From assembly GCA_013265495.1 (NCBI GenBank), contig MU061579.1, positions 4,426,327 through 4,490,326 on the forward strand: a stretch of DNA of 64,000 nucleotides, written 5' to 3'. The position numbers and the translations under genes are program-made. Of the stretch, positions 1 to 11,760 are shown in pieces; the first letter of the stretch is position 1, and every line of letters starts with the position of its first letter. The notes below the pieces were generated by a model. It was not told the DNA's origin and did not search any database. It saw nothing but the letters and a program-made list of their open reading frames with translations. The stretch comes from Vicugna vicugna. Its lineage: Eukaryota.

Positions 1-132
1 TGTTCTCTGAAGCTTTTCTTCATCAATGTCAGAAAATATGTGATATCTGAAAGTTGACTTTTGAAGAATCAGGGACTGTTGCTGTCAAAATCAGGTTATG
101 ACCCAGGACAGCCACCACCGGAGAACACTCAC

Positions 133-256
133 AAAATAGCATTATAAGACTCAGTGCTACAATGATCCGAGAAGGGTAGCTAACCATAGGCACTACTGTT
201 TGGTTCAGAGGAGCACCAATTAATTTGTCTGCTCTCTGATCCACTGAAGAACTCAG
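133..256 (-). CDS. Candidate 124-nt exon; last 55 nt (ATG at 187) encode signal-peptide-like MVSYPSRIIVALSLIMLF before a phase-1 intron; gene not identified
   Basis: Minus strand reads ctggctttgtttggttcccag|CTGAGT (acceptor) and GCTATTTT|gtgagt (donor). One open frame spans the exon. No repeat recognised. Basic residue followed by a hydrophobic core. Confidence 0.35.
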
Positions 257-1189
257 CTGGGAACCAAACAAAGCCAGATTTTTTTTTAAATCTAACATTT
301 GAGATATTTTATGTGTTCTTTCAAGTAAACTATACTTTAGACTCTAGAAGTAAGGGTCATAACTCTTGTATCTCTCGTCGTAGAATTAGAGTTTGTCAAA
401 GGTGTTAAAAATAAAGTGAGTGTGAAAGTTCTATGAGGGTTATGAGAAGGGTGAGGAAACAGTAAAGAAGGACTAAGGTAAGGCCTTGAGATAAGAGTAA
501 TAACAACAATAAAATGATGATGATGAAAACTTTCTTTCCATCTCCTTGGCTTTCCACTGTTCCTCTTGAGAATCAAATTTTTATGTACTTTAAACTCCAG
601 TAAGAATAACTGTGATAAAAATTATAAATTTTCTATTATAAAAATTAACCTTTGGATTTTGAGTAAAGAGCTGATGGAATTAGGAATTGATTTAAGAATT
701 GATTTTGGAGATCTACAAAAATCCCAACAATCTCTCCATTTCCTAAATTCCTATCAAATATAGTACCATATACGTGACCTTTCCTCACACTGCTAGAAAC
801 ATACATAAACTTTATCACACGTTGACAGTTATATTTGAGAACACTTCCCAGAAATTAAATTGTTTCCCCACTTTCACATACAATTTTGTGTTTCTTCCAA
901 ATCCCAAATTGTCATCTTTTCAAGTCTGTCTCCAGAACTCTTACTCAATAAAATTTTCTAGCAATGCCATATGTTCATATTTTTCTCTTTCTTGATTCTT
1001 TTTTGAGTGCCAGAGAGTTTTCAAGCATTGTGTGTACATGTGTGTGTGTGAGTGATATGTGTTTCTATATGTCTGTGTTTAGCTCCCATAGAAATACCTC
1101 TTTAAAAATACATAAAGAGTCTTTGTCTCCTTACCATGATAGAATGATTGGTACGAGACTTACATTCTCTTTATGACTTAGAAAACAGA

Positions 1190-3790
1190 ACAGCATATCT
1201 AAACAAGTATTTCAGACAGTAAATAAAAGGCATAAAACAACTGTGATTCTTGGGAGTAGGGAAAAGTTCTACAACATCACTGGCTTTCTGTCTGGGGGAA
1301 CTTCTAGCCTGTAGTAAAGGGAGGGGAAACTCAGAAATAGAGAAGGGAAATTAATAATATTGTGATCTCACTGAGTTGAGGAAATGGAAATTAAAGTTGA
1401 GGGACACTGAAGTGGCTAGAATTGTCAGATCACAGTACCAAGAAAATGAAGCAAAGTAGAAAATGAAATCCAGAAATCTGAATGGAATAGCCTTGATTTT
1501 TGTTGTTGGATACTGTAAATTGAGAGGGAGACTCTCCAGTCAGTCAATGAAAACTAAAAAAAGTTATATGCTGAGCAATTCCCAATGCTCACGTAGGATG
1601 AGGTAGGCATTTGGGTTCCAGCTAAGCAGGTTGAGAAAACCTTGTTAAATAACAAGAGAATTCAGTAGAATCTCATAGTAATGTTAAACTTGCTTATAAG
1701 AAAAGTTATGGCTCCATTAAAACAAACCTCCAAAATAAGACTTTGAAACACTGGAGCTAATCCACAAGTAACTTAACTGGCTGTCAAAACAAAAGTCAAC
1801 ACATTTTAAAGGAAGAAAATACATTCTGGACATTCAGCAGCATAACATTTACCAAGTCTAGCACTCAATAAACTATAAAAAGATACCTAGAAAATTCCAA
1901 ATATTTAGAAATTAAACAACATTTTGAATAAGTTATTTATGATAAAATATCTTGGCAAATAAACAATATAAAAGGACTTGATTAACTTGATAAAGAGAAT
2001 CTCCTAAAAACCTACAGCTAATATCATACATAATTGAATGACTTAACACTTTCCAAGATTCAAAAGAAGACAAGCATATTTCCTCTCAAAACTTCAAGTC
2101 AGCATTAGATAAATGTGCATGTGCAATAAAGCCAGAAAAAGAAGTACAAGTCACAGAGCTTAGAAAGGAAGGGGAAAACCCTCAATTCACAGAAAGCAAG
2201 GTCATTGTTGCAGGTTGTCTTGCCTGCAGACTCTGATATGGAAGCTAGCAAGTAGGAATTTTATTTAGAAACATCCCTGGAATTAATATCTGTGGTCAGG
2301 AGGATAAGGAGCTAAAATCAGGTAAAGGAAGAAGCCATGCTGAGATGCAAAACCAAGAAAGCCTCAAGTAAGCCCATGGGAGCTGTGGAATTACAATGCC
2401 ACTTTAGAGTTGGGACAAGGTGGTCAAACTTTATACTGCTCCATGAAGGGGTAATCTTTGGGCAAATCGGCTGCTTCCAACTGAGGCAGTCTCTGAAGAA
2501 GCTGATGGCTGCACACTGACTACCAAGAGCATTCCCAGGACCTAGGTGAGAAATCTTCCACTGAACCATAATATGGCAGCAGTACACAGTATCCATGGTA
2601 ATTAAGAGTATAGAACACCCAGAAGAATCTACTAAAAATTAATAGAAATAAGAAACATGAATTTAGCTAGGTCAGGGGATATACAATTTATATACAATAA
2701 TCAAATGTGTTACTTTATATGACAAATAAACAATTAGAAACTAAAATTAAAAATATAATTTATAATATCATCCAAAATTAGGAAATAGGTATTAATTTAG
2801 CACAGTGTGTATAAGACCTCTACATTGAAACTATAATCTGTGTTGGGAAAAATTAAAGAACCACTACTAAGTAGAGAAATATATCATGTGCATAGATTGG
2901 AAGACTTAATATTAAGTTGTCAGTTTTCCCTAAATAATCTGTAAATTCAGTACAGGACAAACCCAAATCCCAGAAGACTTTATTTTGTAGAATTTGACAA
3001 ATGAATGTGTAATCTATATAGCAATGGGAACATTATAGAATAGTCAAAACAATTATTTAAAAAATTAGAAAATTTCACTGCCCGATTTAAAGACTTAGCT
3101 TAAAGCTACAGTAATCAAGAGAATCTAGTCTTGGCATAAGAGAGACATATAGGTAAGTGGAATAGAATATATGTACTGAAATAGACAGACTTGTATACAC
3201 GGTTTTGACAAAAATGCCAGCATAATAAAATGGGGAGGTAATAGTTGCTTCTGTGAGAAGTGCTGGAAGAATTAGACATAGATACGGAGAAAAATAAATC
3301 GCAGCTCTTATCTCATAAAATTTAAATTGACATGAATTTTAATCCTAAAGACAAGCGCTAAAACTGAAATGTCTAGATGAAAACATAAAAGAAAATCCTT
3401 TTGACCTTGAACTTGGCAAGCATTTCTTAGGACACAAAAAATAAAACCAAAAATAAAACCTTGATAAAGTCGACTTCAACTAATTAAAAAATTTCTGTTC
3501 TGTGAAAACCATTATTGAGAAAGTAAAAAGACGAGGCACAGACAGGGAAAAATTATTCATAATATAAGTATCTAACACAGTACTTGTATCCAGAATATAT
3601 TAAGAAGGCTTACAATTCAATAATAAAACAATCACAATTTTTAAAAAATAGGCCATCAACTTGGATAGTTAACAAAACATCTACAAATGACCAACAAGCA
3701 CATTAAAAGATACTTAACAATAGAAATTATCAGTAAAATACAAATTAAAACCACATTGAGATACCAGTACACACCAAGAAGATTAAAATA
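1190..3790 (+). mobile_element. Ancient fragmented LINE-1 (L1M-type), interrupted by an LTR
   Basis: Degenerate ORF2-like motifs in order (aaacctacagctaatatcata, gattggaagacttaatatt, aaagctacagtaatcaaga, caaattaaaaccacattgagatacc); no open frame. Confidence 0.8.
2206..2597 (-). mobile_element. ERVL LTR (LTR16-like) nested in the old L1
   Basis: gcagactctgatatggaagctagcaagtaggaattttatt...atctgtgg resembles the antisense LTR16 3' end; L1 ORF2 resumes on both sides. Confidence 0.65.
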
Positions 3791-3943
3791 AGTACCCAAA
3801 TTGAGAATAAGCATTTAGAAATATTTAGAGCACTCTACAGCACTGTGACAAAGTAATTTCATGCCTGTGGATTTTAATGTTAACAAAGAGCCTATGTTTT
3901 GTATGTCTTTGTAAAGATTTTCCACTAAAATAGTAATTTATTT

Positions 3944-5905
3944 ATCTTTTTTTAAATTAATTTATTTTTTATTGAAGTGTGGTCACTTTACAATGTTGTG
4001 CCAATTTCTTATGTGCAGCGTAATGTTTCAGTCATACATACATATACATATATTCCTTTTCATATTCCTGTTCATTATAGGTTACTACAAGATATTGAAT
4101 ATAGGTCCTTCTGCTATACAGTAGAAACTTATTTATCTACTTTATATACAGTAGTTAGTATCTGCAAATCTCGACCTCCTAATTTATCCCTTCCTACCCC
4201 ATTTCCCCTCTGCTAACCATAAGTTTGTTTCCCATATCTGTGAGTCTGTTTCTGTTTTGTAAATGAGTTCATTTGTATCTTTTTTTTTAAAGGTTCCACA
4301 TATGAGTGATATCATATGGTATTTTTCTTTCTCTTTCTGGCTTTCTTTGCTTAGAATGATGTTCTCCAAGTCCATCCATGTTGCTGCAAATGGTATTATT
4401 TTATTCTTTTTTATGGCTGAGTAGTAGTCTATTGTATAAACATATCACAACTTCTTTACCCATTCATCTGTCGATGGACATTTAGGTTGTTTCCATGTCT
4501 TGGCTATTGTAAATAGTAAACATTGGGGTGTATGTTGTACATTGGGGTGCATGAATCTTTTTGAATTAGAGTTTCCTCCGGATATGTGCCCAGGAGTAGG
4601 ATTGCTGGATCATATGGTAAGTCTACTTTTAGTTTTTTGAGGAATCTCCATGCTATTTTCCATAATGGCTGCACCAAACTGCATTCCCACCAACAGTGTA
4701 GGAGGGTTCCTTTTTCTCCACACCCTCTCCAGCATTTATTGTTTGTGGACTTTTGAATGATGGCCATTCTGACTGGTGTGAGGTGATACTTCATTGTAGT
4801 TTTGATCTGCATTTGTCTGATAATTAGCGATACTGAGCATTTTTTCACATGGCTATTGGCCATCTGAATGTCTTCATTGGAGAACTGCTTGTTTAGGTCT
4901 TCTGCCCATTGTTGGACTGGGTTTTTCGGGGGTTTTTCGTTACTAATTTGTATAAGCTGTTTATATATCCTGGAAATTACACCCTTGTCAGTCACATCAT
5001 TTGCAAATATTTTCTCCCATTCTGTAGGTTGTCGTTTTGTTTTGCGTATGGTTTCCATTGCTGTGCAAAAGCTTATAAGTTTAATTAGGTCCTGTTTGCT
5101 TATTTTTTGCTCTTATGTTATTGCCTGGGTTCATTGTCCTAGGAGAACATTGGTAAGATTTATGTCAGAAAATGTTTTGCCTATGTTTCCGTCTAGGAGA
5201 TTTATGTCTTGTCTTATGTTTAAGTCTTTAAGCCATTTGAGTTTATTTTTTTGTATGGTGTGAGGGAGTTTTCTAACTTCATTGATTTACATGCAGCCGT
5301 CCTGTTTTCCCAACACCATTTGCTGAAGAGTCTATCTTTTCTCCATTGTATATTACTGCCTCCTTTGTGGAAGACTAATTGACCTTAAGTCTGTGGTTTA
5401 TTTCTGGGCTCTCTATTCTGTTTCGTTGATCCATATGTCTGTTTTGTGCCAGTACCATGCTGTTTTGATTACTGTAGCTCTGTTGTCTGAAGTCTGGAAG
5501 GGTTATTCCTCCAATTTCATTTTTTTTCTTCAGTATTGCTTTGGCAATTCTGTGTCTTTTGTAATTCCATATAAATTTTAGGATTATTTGTTCTAGTCTT
5601 GTAAAAAATGTCCTGGGTAATTTGATAGGGATGCATTAAATCTGTAGATTGCTTTGGGTGGTATGGCCATTTTAACAAGATTAATCTAAGATCCTGGGAT
5701 ATCTTTCCATTTCTTTAAGTCATCTTTAATTTCCTTAACCAATGTTTTATAGTTCTCTGTGTATAATTTTTTCAACTCCTTGGTAAGATTTATTCCTAAG
5801 TATTTTATTTTGGGGGATGCAATTTTAAAAGGGATTGAATTAGTTACATTTCTTTACACTAACAATGAAATATCAGAAAATAAAAGTAAAGAAACAATCC
5901 CACTT
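3944..5905 (-). mobile_element. Young 5'-truncated L1 (camelid-type 3' end) with a short 5' inversion
   Basis: T-rich tail at left. ORF 4504-5058 is the L1 ORF2 C-terminus ([18 protein letters not shown]). Sense-strand ORF2 piece at about 5838-5905. 16-bp TSD aaatagtaatttattt at 3928-3943 and 5906-5921. Confidence 0.93.
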
Positions 5906-6621
5906 AAATAGTAATTTATTTTTATTGTAATTCATAATGTATCAGTTTTGAGGGATTGGAATTTTTTTAATGGTTCTTTAACCAGAGACATCTTGAGAAG
6001 CATTGCTGTAAGGGATTGAAACTCAAAGTATTTGGCCCATAGAGTATACCAGCAAGATGACCACATGGAAATAATGAGGAAGCTAAAGAAATATATGCTG
6101 TGAGTATAGTTTCATCTTTAATGTCTCTTGCTCCTCTTTGGATTGCCCATGAAGACAGAAACCACAAATAATTGCTTTGACTATCATGTTTTCCCCCATA
6201 TGTTATTACAATGTATGCATACCATGAGTGGTGAAAAGATTACAGAAAATATGTATGTCTAATTCTCAGTGAGGGGAAGTTTAGAAACAGAAAATATGGC
6301 TAACCTTTGTATTGATGCAAATGTGGAGACCAAATTTCATGCTGATACTCCAGATGGTGACAACTTTCCAAAGCCTGATATACAATGTTTTTTTCCCTTA
6401 TAAAATGCTAGGTTAGTACATCATTTGCTTCGCCTTAAATTAACATAATATCCTCTTTATGTGCTGTGATGATCAGACCTTCAATAACTGAAAAAAGAAC
6501 AGCATAAACCAAAATAATGTATTGATTGTGAAGTCTGGGCTTTTTAGCCAGAGAATTGTGAATTGTGAATCTGCAGGCTTGTTTCCCTCCAAAGTAAAGC
6601 TAAAACAAGTTCATTTCTTAG

Positions 6622-6672
6622 GCTATAATTTCAGTTACTAGATATGCTATAATTTCAATTACTAGATATGCT
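6622..6672. repeat. 24-bp tandem duplication
   Basis: gctataatttcagttactagatat followed by gctataatttcaattactagatat (one mismatch), then gct. Confidence 0.95.
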
Positions 6673-7749
6673 TCAGCAAAGGGGGCAGCATCAACTTTAC
6701 ATGTACACACAAGTTGCAGTGTGTTCTGCTAGTATATGCTATACTTAATGAAGTATTGTGATAAATGTTAGTTGTATATTTTTTCTTTCTATTGCATGTA
6801 GACTGAAATGACATGGAAAACTAGGAGAGATAGATACTTATTGTATCCCCAACTGGTTTTATTAAGTGATCAATATGAATTGAAGTCTAATAAGTATTTA
6901 GAATAAGTAACTTTATGTAAGGATTTAGTTTTTAAATGGTCCGTGTGCCCTAAACTCTTAGCATAGAAGGGTGTGAAAGATACTGCATTGTTTCCGTGTA
7001 TAGTATAGATCGATGAAACTTAACGGGATATGTTATTAGAGCTATTTGGAAACTTCCAAACTATCATGGAAAACTTAAATCTCCAAAAACTTTCTTGAGC
7101 CTTGCTTTGCTAATAGATTCTATGTGAATCCGGAAATCAATATATAATAATTTGCTATGGAAAACCTTTGTTATTATTCCCCCAACTCTTCTCTTCTACC
7201 AAAGAAATTAAACTGTGACTCGGTATAGTGGTAAAAGTTTTCTGAAGAGACAGGCATAGCAGTTAGTTTTATAATAGTTTTTGTGTCTTTTTTTTCTATG
7301 CAAGTCAGTGACTTATTTCCTATAAAGAAGAAAATAAAAAAATCTAGTATTGCTCCCATATGTTTGATTGAAAATTCATATTCATAAAGTGGTAAAATGT
7401 GTGTAAAAAGTTAAACTTTCTGGAAAGACATGAAGAAGTGTGTATGGATATGTGTGTAGTTTTTGCAATGGGAGTTGTTATTTGGCCATTGTAGTGTTGT
7501 ATTAATTTTTTGAGTAAAATTTCTTGTTATAAAGCAATAGAGTTGATTTTATTTAATTATAGAATTATCTGCTTTCCTTTGTAAAGGCACCAGATAGCAC
7601 TGAAGTTATTGAATTATATCAGTAACTCAAAGACCTTTATTGGTTTATAGATAATACCTCACTCTGAGGGAGATTTTAATGTAATAATTACTAATCAGTC
7701 ATACATGCTTCCTCTTGTGTCTATTGTTCTTTTCTTTTCCGCAGAGATA

Positions 7750-7850
7750 CTCATAGTACCTCTTACACAAAACTGTTGAAAGAATTAAATGAGCTTTAAA
7801 AAAAAATGTCTGGAACATAAATGCTGCATCAGGGTTAGCTGATACTCTTA
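7750..7850 (+). mobile_element. MIR fragment
   Basis: atagtacctc...gttgaaagaattaaatgag resembles the MIR core/3' part. Confidence 0.6.
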
Positions 7851-8699
7851 CTACTACCATTCAAGCCATGAAGCAAATACCTTTGATTATCTTCCTACTC
7901 ACTTTTTATCATATAATTTTGCAATTCTTTCCTCATTTCAATGAACCTTGATTCCATGCTGTAATACTCTGAGCTCTGTGGTTTTCTTTTGTTTATTTTA
8001 CAGATTAAAATCATTATTGATTCTCTGAAAAATGCAGTCATAAACTGATTATATCTTAACACAAGTCACATTATTTTTTGGAAAAGTAATAATATTTTCT
8101 AAAACCAAAAATTATTTCTCAAGACTTAGAATTAATCGGCAAATACAATTGTATCTATTAAAGTGTACAATGTGATGCTTTAATATACATATACGTTGTC
8201 ACTGCTTTGAATCTGGTTTCCTGAATTAGTCTCAATTTAGCTTGCTCTTCTGTTTTTGTTCCTCTGTTTTTACTACCCCCAGAGCTCTTGATTAAGAAAC
8301 CTTCATCTTTGTATATAAGAACTCACTTTTAGAGCAATTACATATTGAATACAAGCTATGTGGGCCTGCATGAAAATTTCAATTACCCACCCATTTCCTA
8401 AACAAAACACAGAAATCAGAGATAAACAAATAACCAAACACACACATAGTTATTTTTCTGATCCAATTTAATGTATAATTATTGAGTAGATATTATGTGC
8501 CCCAAACATATGTTGGTAGCGAAAGAGGTGAGAAATCTTGAGGCAGAGAGTTTCTCGTATTTGAGGATGGTCAGTGAGTTCACAGCTCTTTAGAGAAATT
8601 TAGGCCCTTGTGAAGTACAGCTCATTTAACCCTGGATTCCAACAAGCCTTCCTTGGCCTGTATCAGGGGAATGACTGTCCTTTTATCAGTTGACTGAAT

Positions 8700-9250
8700 G
8701 GGACTGGGCTGTGATAACTGTTCTGAAGTGGACATGAGAGGAGGATCCATTAGGCCATGGCTTTTCCAGAGCGTGTTCCTTCTCGTGTGTCCTGCTCTGG
8801 TGGCATGTGGCATTCAAGAGCACACAGTGGCCAGCAGCTTCCCCGGCACCGTCTTGGGTGATTCTGTGGCTGGTTGCCTCCAGCGAGATACCTCCCACGA
8901 ATAGGTTTCCCTGGCTCATCCATAGAGGATGCATTTCCAGCAAATGTGGCCAACCAGCACCACAGTGGCTTCTGTGCCATTTGGTGAGTCAAAGCTGCGC
9001 CCTCTCCAGCACCACCAGGGATCTTTGCCCCAGGTAAGTGCCTTTCCTTGGGTTTTCTATCCCAGTCCCGGCGGTCATGGCTGTTCCTTACAGCCGGTCT
9101 TCGTACATGCTTTAAAGTGCCTTCAATTACCTCTTACTGATCAATCTCTTATTACCCCAATCCTGGTTGTACTTAAATATTGTTCATATTAATCTTTTAT
9201 TGCTCAAATTACAGTGTGATTTCCATCTCCTGCTTTGAGTAACTAATACA
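8700..9250 (+). mobile_element. ERVL LTR (LTR33/LTR41-like)
   Basis: GC-richer block ending ctcaaattacagtgtgatttccatctcctg...actaataca, typical of this LTR group; 5' boundary uncertain. Confidence 0.6.
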
Positions 9251-9689
9251 AGAAACCTTAAAGAATTGTTAAGAAAAACTGTGACTCTGAAATAGGCAAA
9301 AAATATTACCTAGTATCTAGTGCACCCTTCTGGGTTTTCTGTGCCTTTCATTTTCTTTGAACTTTTTTACATTTTGTCAAGATATAGAAAAATGATAGTA
9401 GTGGAAATGATTCTTTTCATACAAATGCAAATTAATTTTGTCCATTGCGGGTACTATTGATTGTTCCCCAAAAACCAGCTTTAGATATATGTTAACACCT
9501 TTATTTCAACGTCCCCGATTGTGTGTGTGTTCTTTGTATTCACTTTTGAATCTACTGTAATATTTTCTGATTCCCTCTTAATTAATGAGTTAAATATAAT
9601 CTTTGATATCTGTTTAAAAGTATGTTGGCAAAAATAGCACCTGCGTCATGAAATGTCTATGAAAATTAGATGAGGGATTGGGTGTGATG

Positions 9690-10131
9690 AACACACATGC
9701 ACAGCCTCTCTCATCAACATCCTCTGCCACAAAGTGGTACGTTTATTATATTTGATGGTCCTTTATTGACATAACATTATCACCCCAATCCGTAAGTATG
9801 TGAAGGTTCACTCTTGGTGTTGTAGACTCTATGAGACTGAACGAATTTACAACTACATGTATCCACTGTTATAACATCATATACAATAGTTTCACTGCCC
9901 TAAGTATTTTCTGGGCTTCTCCTTTTCATCCATCCCTGCCACTTAAGCCCCAGCTACCAATAATTGTATTATTTTCCCTGCAGTTTTACCTTTTCCAGAA
10001 TGTCATACAGTTGGAATCATACAATATGTAGCCTTCTCAGATTGGCCCTTTTCACTTGGTAAAGTGCATTCAAATCTCCTCCTTGTCTTTTTATACTTGA
10101 AAACTAATTTCTTTTTTATGTTGAACAATAT
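9690..10131 (-). mobile_element. L1MC1-like 3' end
   Basis: ggttcactcttggtgttgta, atagtttcactgccctaa and ttttccagaatgtcatacagttggaatcataca motifs. Confidence 0.85.
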
Positions 10132-10505
10132 TGTAGAAATTGGCAAATTGATTCTAAAATTTAAATGACTAAGCAAACAACCTGAAATAGCCATCTTTTA
10201 AAGATAACTTTGAAGTTCTTACACTGCCTCATTTCAAGAGTTAGTCAATCTTCAGTGAATAATCAGTATGACATTAACTTAAAGATAAGCAAATACAGCA
10301 ATGGAACAGAAACAGGTCCACATATGTACAGACCACTGATTTTCAAAAAAGCTGTAAAGATGTAAAGTTTGGTGAGGAATGGATAGATTAGATGAGTGGT
10401 GCTAGAACTAAATTAGAACTAAATGCAAAACTGAAACAAAACAAAACATAAGAAACTTTGATGCACACCTTGAATTATACTCAAATAGTAACTTCCAAAT
10501 GGATC
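10132..10505 (+). mobile_element. Old L1 ORF2 fragment abutting the L1MC 3' end in opposite orientation
   Basis: gtagaaattggcaaattgattctaaaattt...caaatggatc follows sense ORF2 order. Confidence 0.75.
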
Positions 10506-11319
10506 CTTATGTTTTTCAGCATATTCACTAACAATCTTTCTTTTTTTTAAATTTTAATTTCTATTAGGTTTCTAGGGGAAGCAATGAAAACACTTCAGTT
10601 TAAGAGATTTTCCAATGTTCCTTATTAATTTTATATCTGTTTTTACCCAGACCTTATGGCTGAGATGGATAAATTTAGTAAACGCATAGCAGGGAATGAG
10701 AATCTATACCAGATATTATGTAAGAACCTATTCTGGTATGAGCATCCCAGGCAATCAGATTCACTGTAATCGTTTTAAAAATAATTTTTCATTTTTACTT
10801 ATTGTAAATTAGTTTATCACTTTACTAAATTATTATTAGTTCATCATAGTTAGAAAAAATTTTGCTGAAAAAAGTTAATTCCAGATTTTTATGTAGAATG
10901 GCTCTTTTTGACAGGAGAAGCAGCACTCTTGGATGAAGCCTTGGTCTTTCTAGCCCCTCAAGGACAGTTCCCACCCACTGAAGTAAATGATAATCCTTTC
11001 CTTCTGTGAGAGCAAGGAAAGTGCCATTTCCATTGAAATTCCTTCTTTGTTCACCATGAATTTGATTGCTTTGAGTCAATTTTCCCTTGAAAATAGCATT
11101 GTCTCCTAAAGGGAACCAGCAATAGAAGTTCATTAGCCATTACTCCACACAGAGAAGACTGTGTGCACTGTCTTCTGAATTGCTTAGCAAAGACATTTAC
11201 AGAGAGACATTTTCTTTCACTTTTTTCCTAAACATTGTTATCCATTTTATTTTAATAATTTTCCTCAATGCTGTAAATCTCATGTTTATTCATGGCTGGA
11301 TACAGTCCCTGGACCTATT

Positions 11320-11425
11320 GTTTTAGGACACACTAATTCTATCTTGTTCTTGATCATTTTTGTATCCAAACCCAGAACCTAGCATGGTATCCAAAATCAA
11401 CTTGGTACATAATAAATATTAAATA
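11320..11425 (+). mobile_element. L2 3' end fragment
   Basis: tcttgttc...tgtatcc...acctagcatggta...aataaatatt pattern. Confidence 0.5.
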
Positions 11426-11549
11426 ATTTTTTTTAAATGCTCAATTTTGGAAGGAGTTCAATAAAAAAAGCTACTTTTTTTTATACTTGTGGTAGACAGG
11501 CACTTTGGCCAAAGTATCAGTAATTCAAAATATTTACATCTTTTTTTTT

Positions 11550-11760
11550 TTACCAATTTATCTTTTGGAACCATGCCCAAAGGAAATAATCAGAACAGTG
11601 CAAAGAAGTACACACAAGTAAATTCAATATAGCAATGTTTATAATAGAATAAACAAGCAAACAAACAAAAGCCAATATATCTAAGTGGCATAATATAAAG
11701 GAGAATGAGTCAGTAAATCATGGCAAATCTATACAATGGAAGAATATAATTCTATTGAAA
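11550..11760 (+). mobile_element. Very old L1 (L1ME-like) ORF2 end/3' fragment
   Basis: aaggaaataatcaga...gcaatgtttataatag...tctatacaatgga. Confidence 0.6.

Noticed and set aside
4504..5058. 184-aa ORF as a host gene
   Set aside because: It is the L1 ORF2 C-terminus within a truncated insertion.
8622..9192. Cluster of six overlapping ORFs
   Set aside because: Coincides with a GC-richer ERVL LTR; no protein homology recognised.
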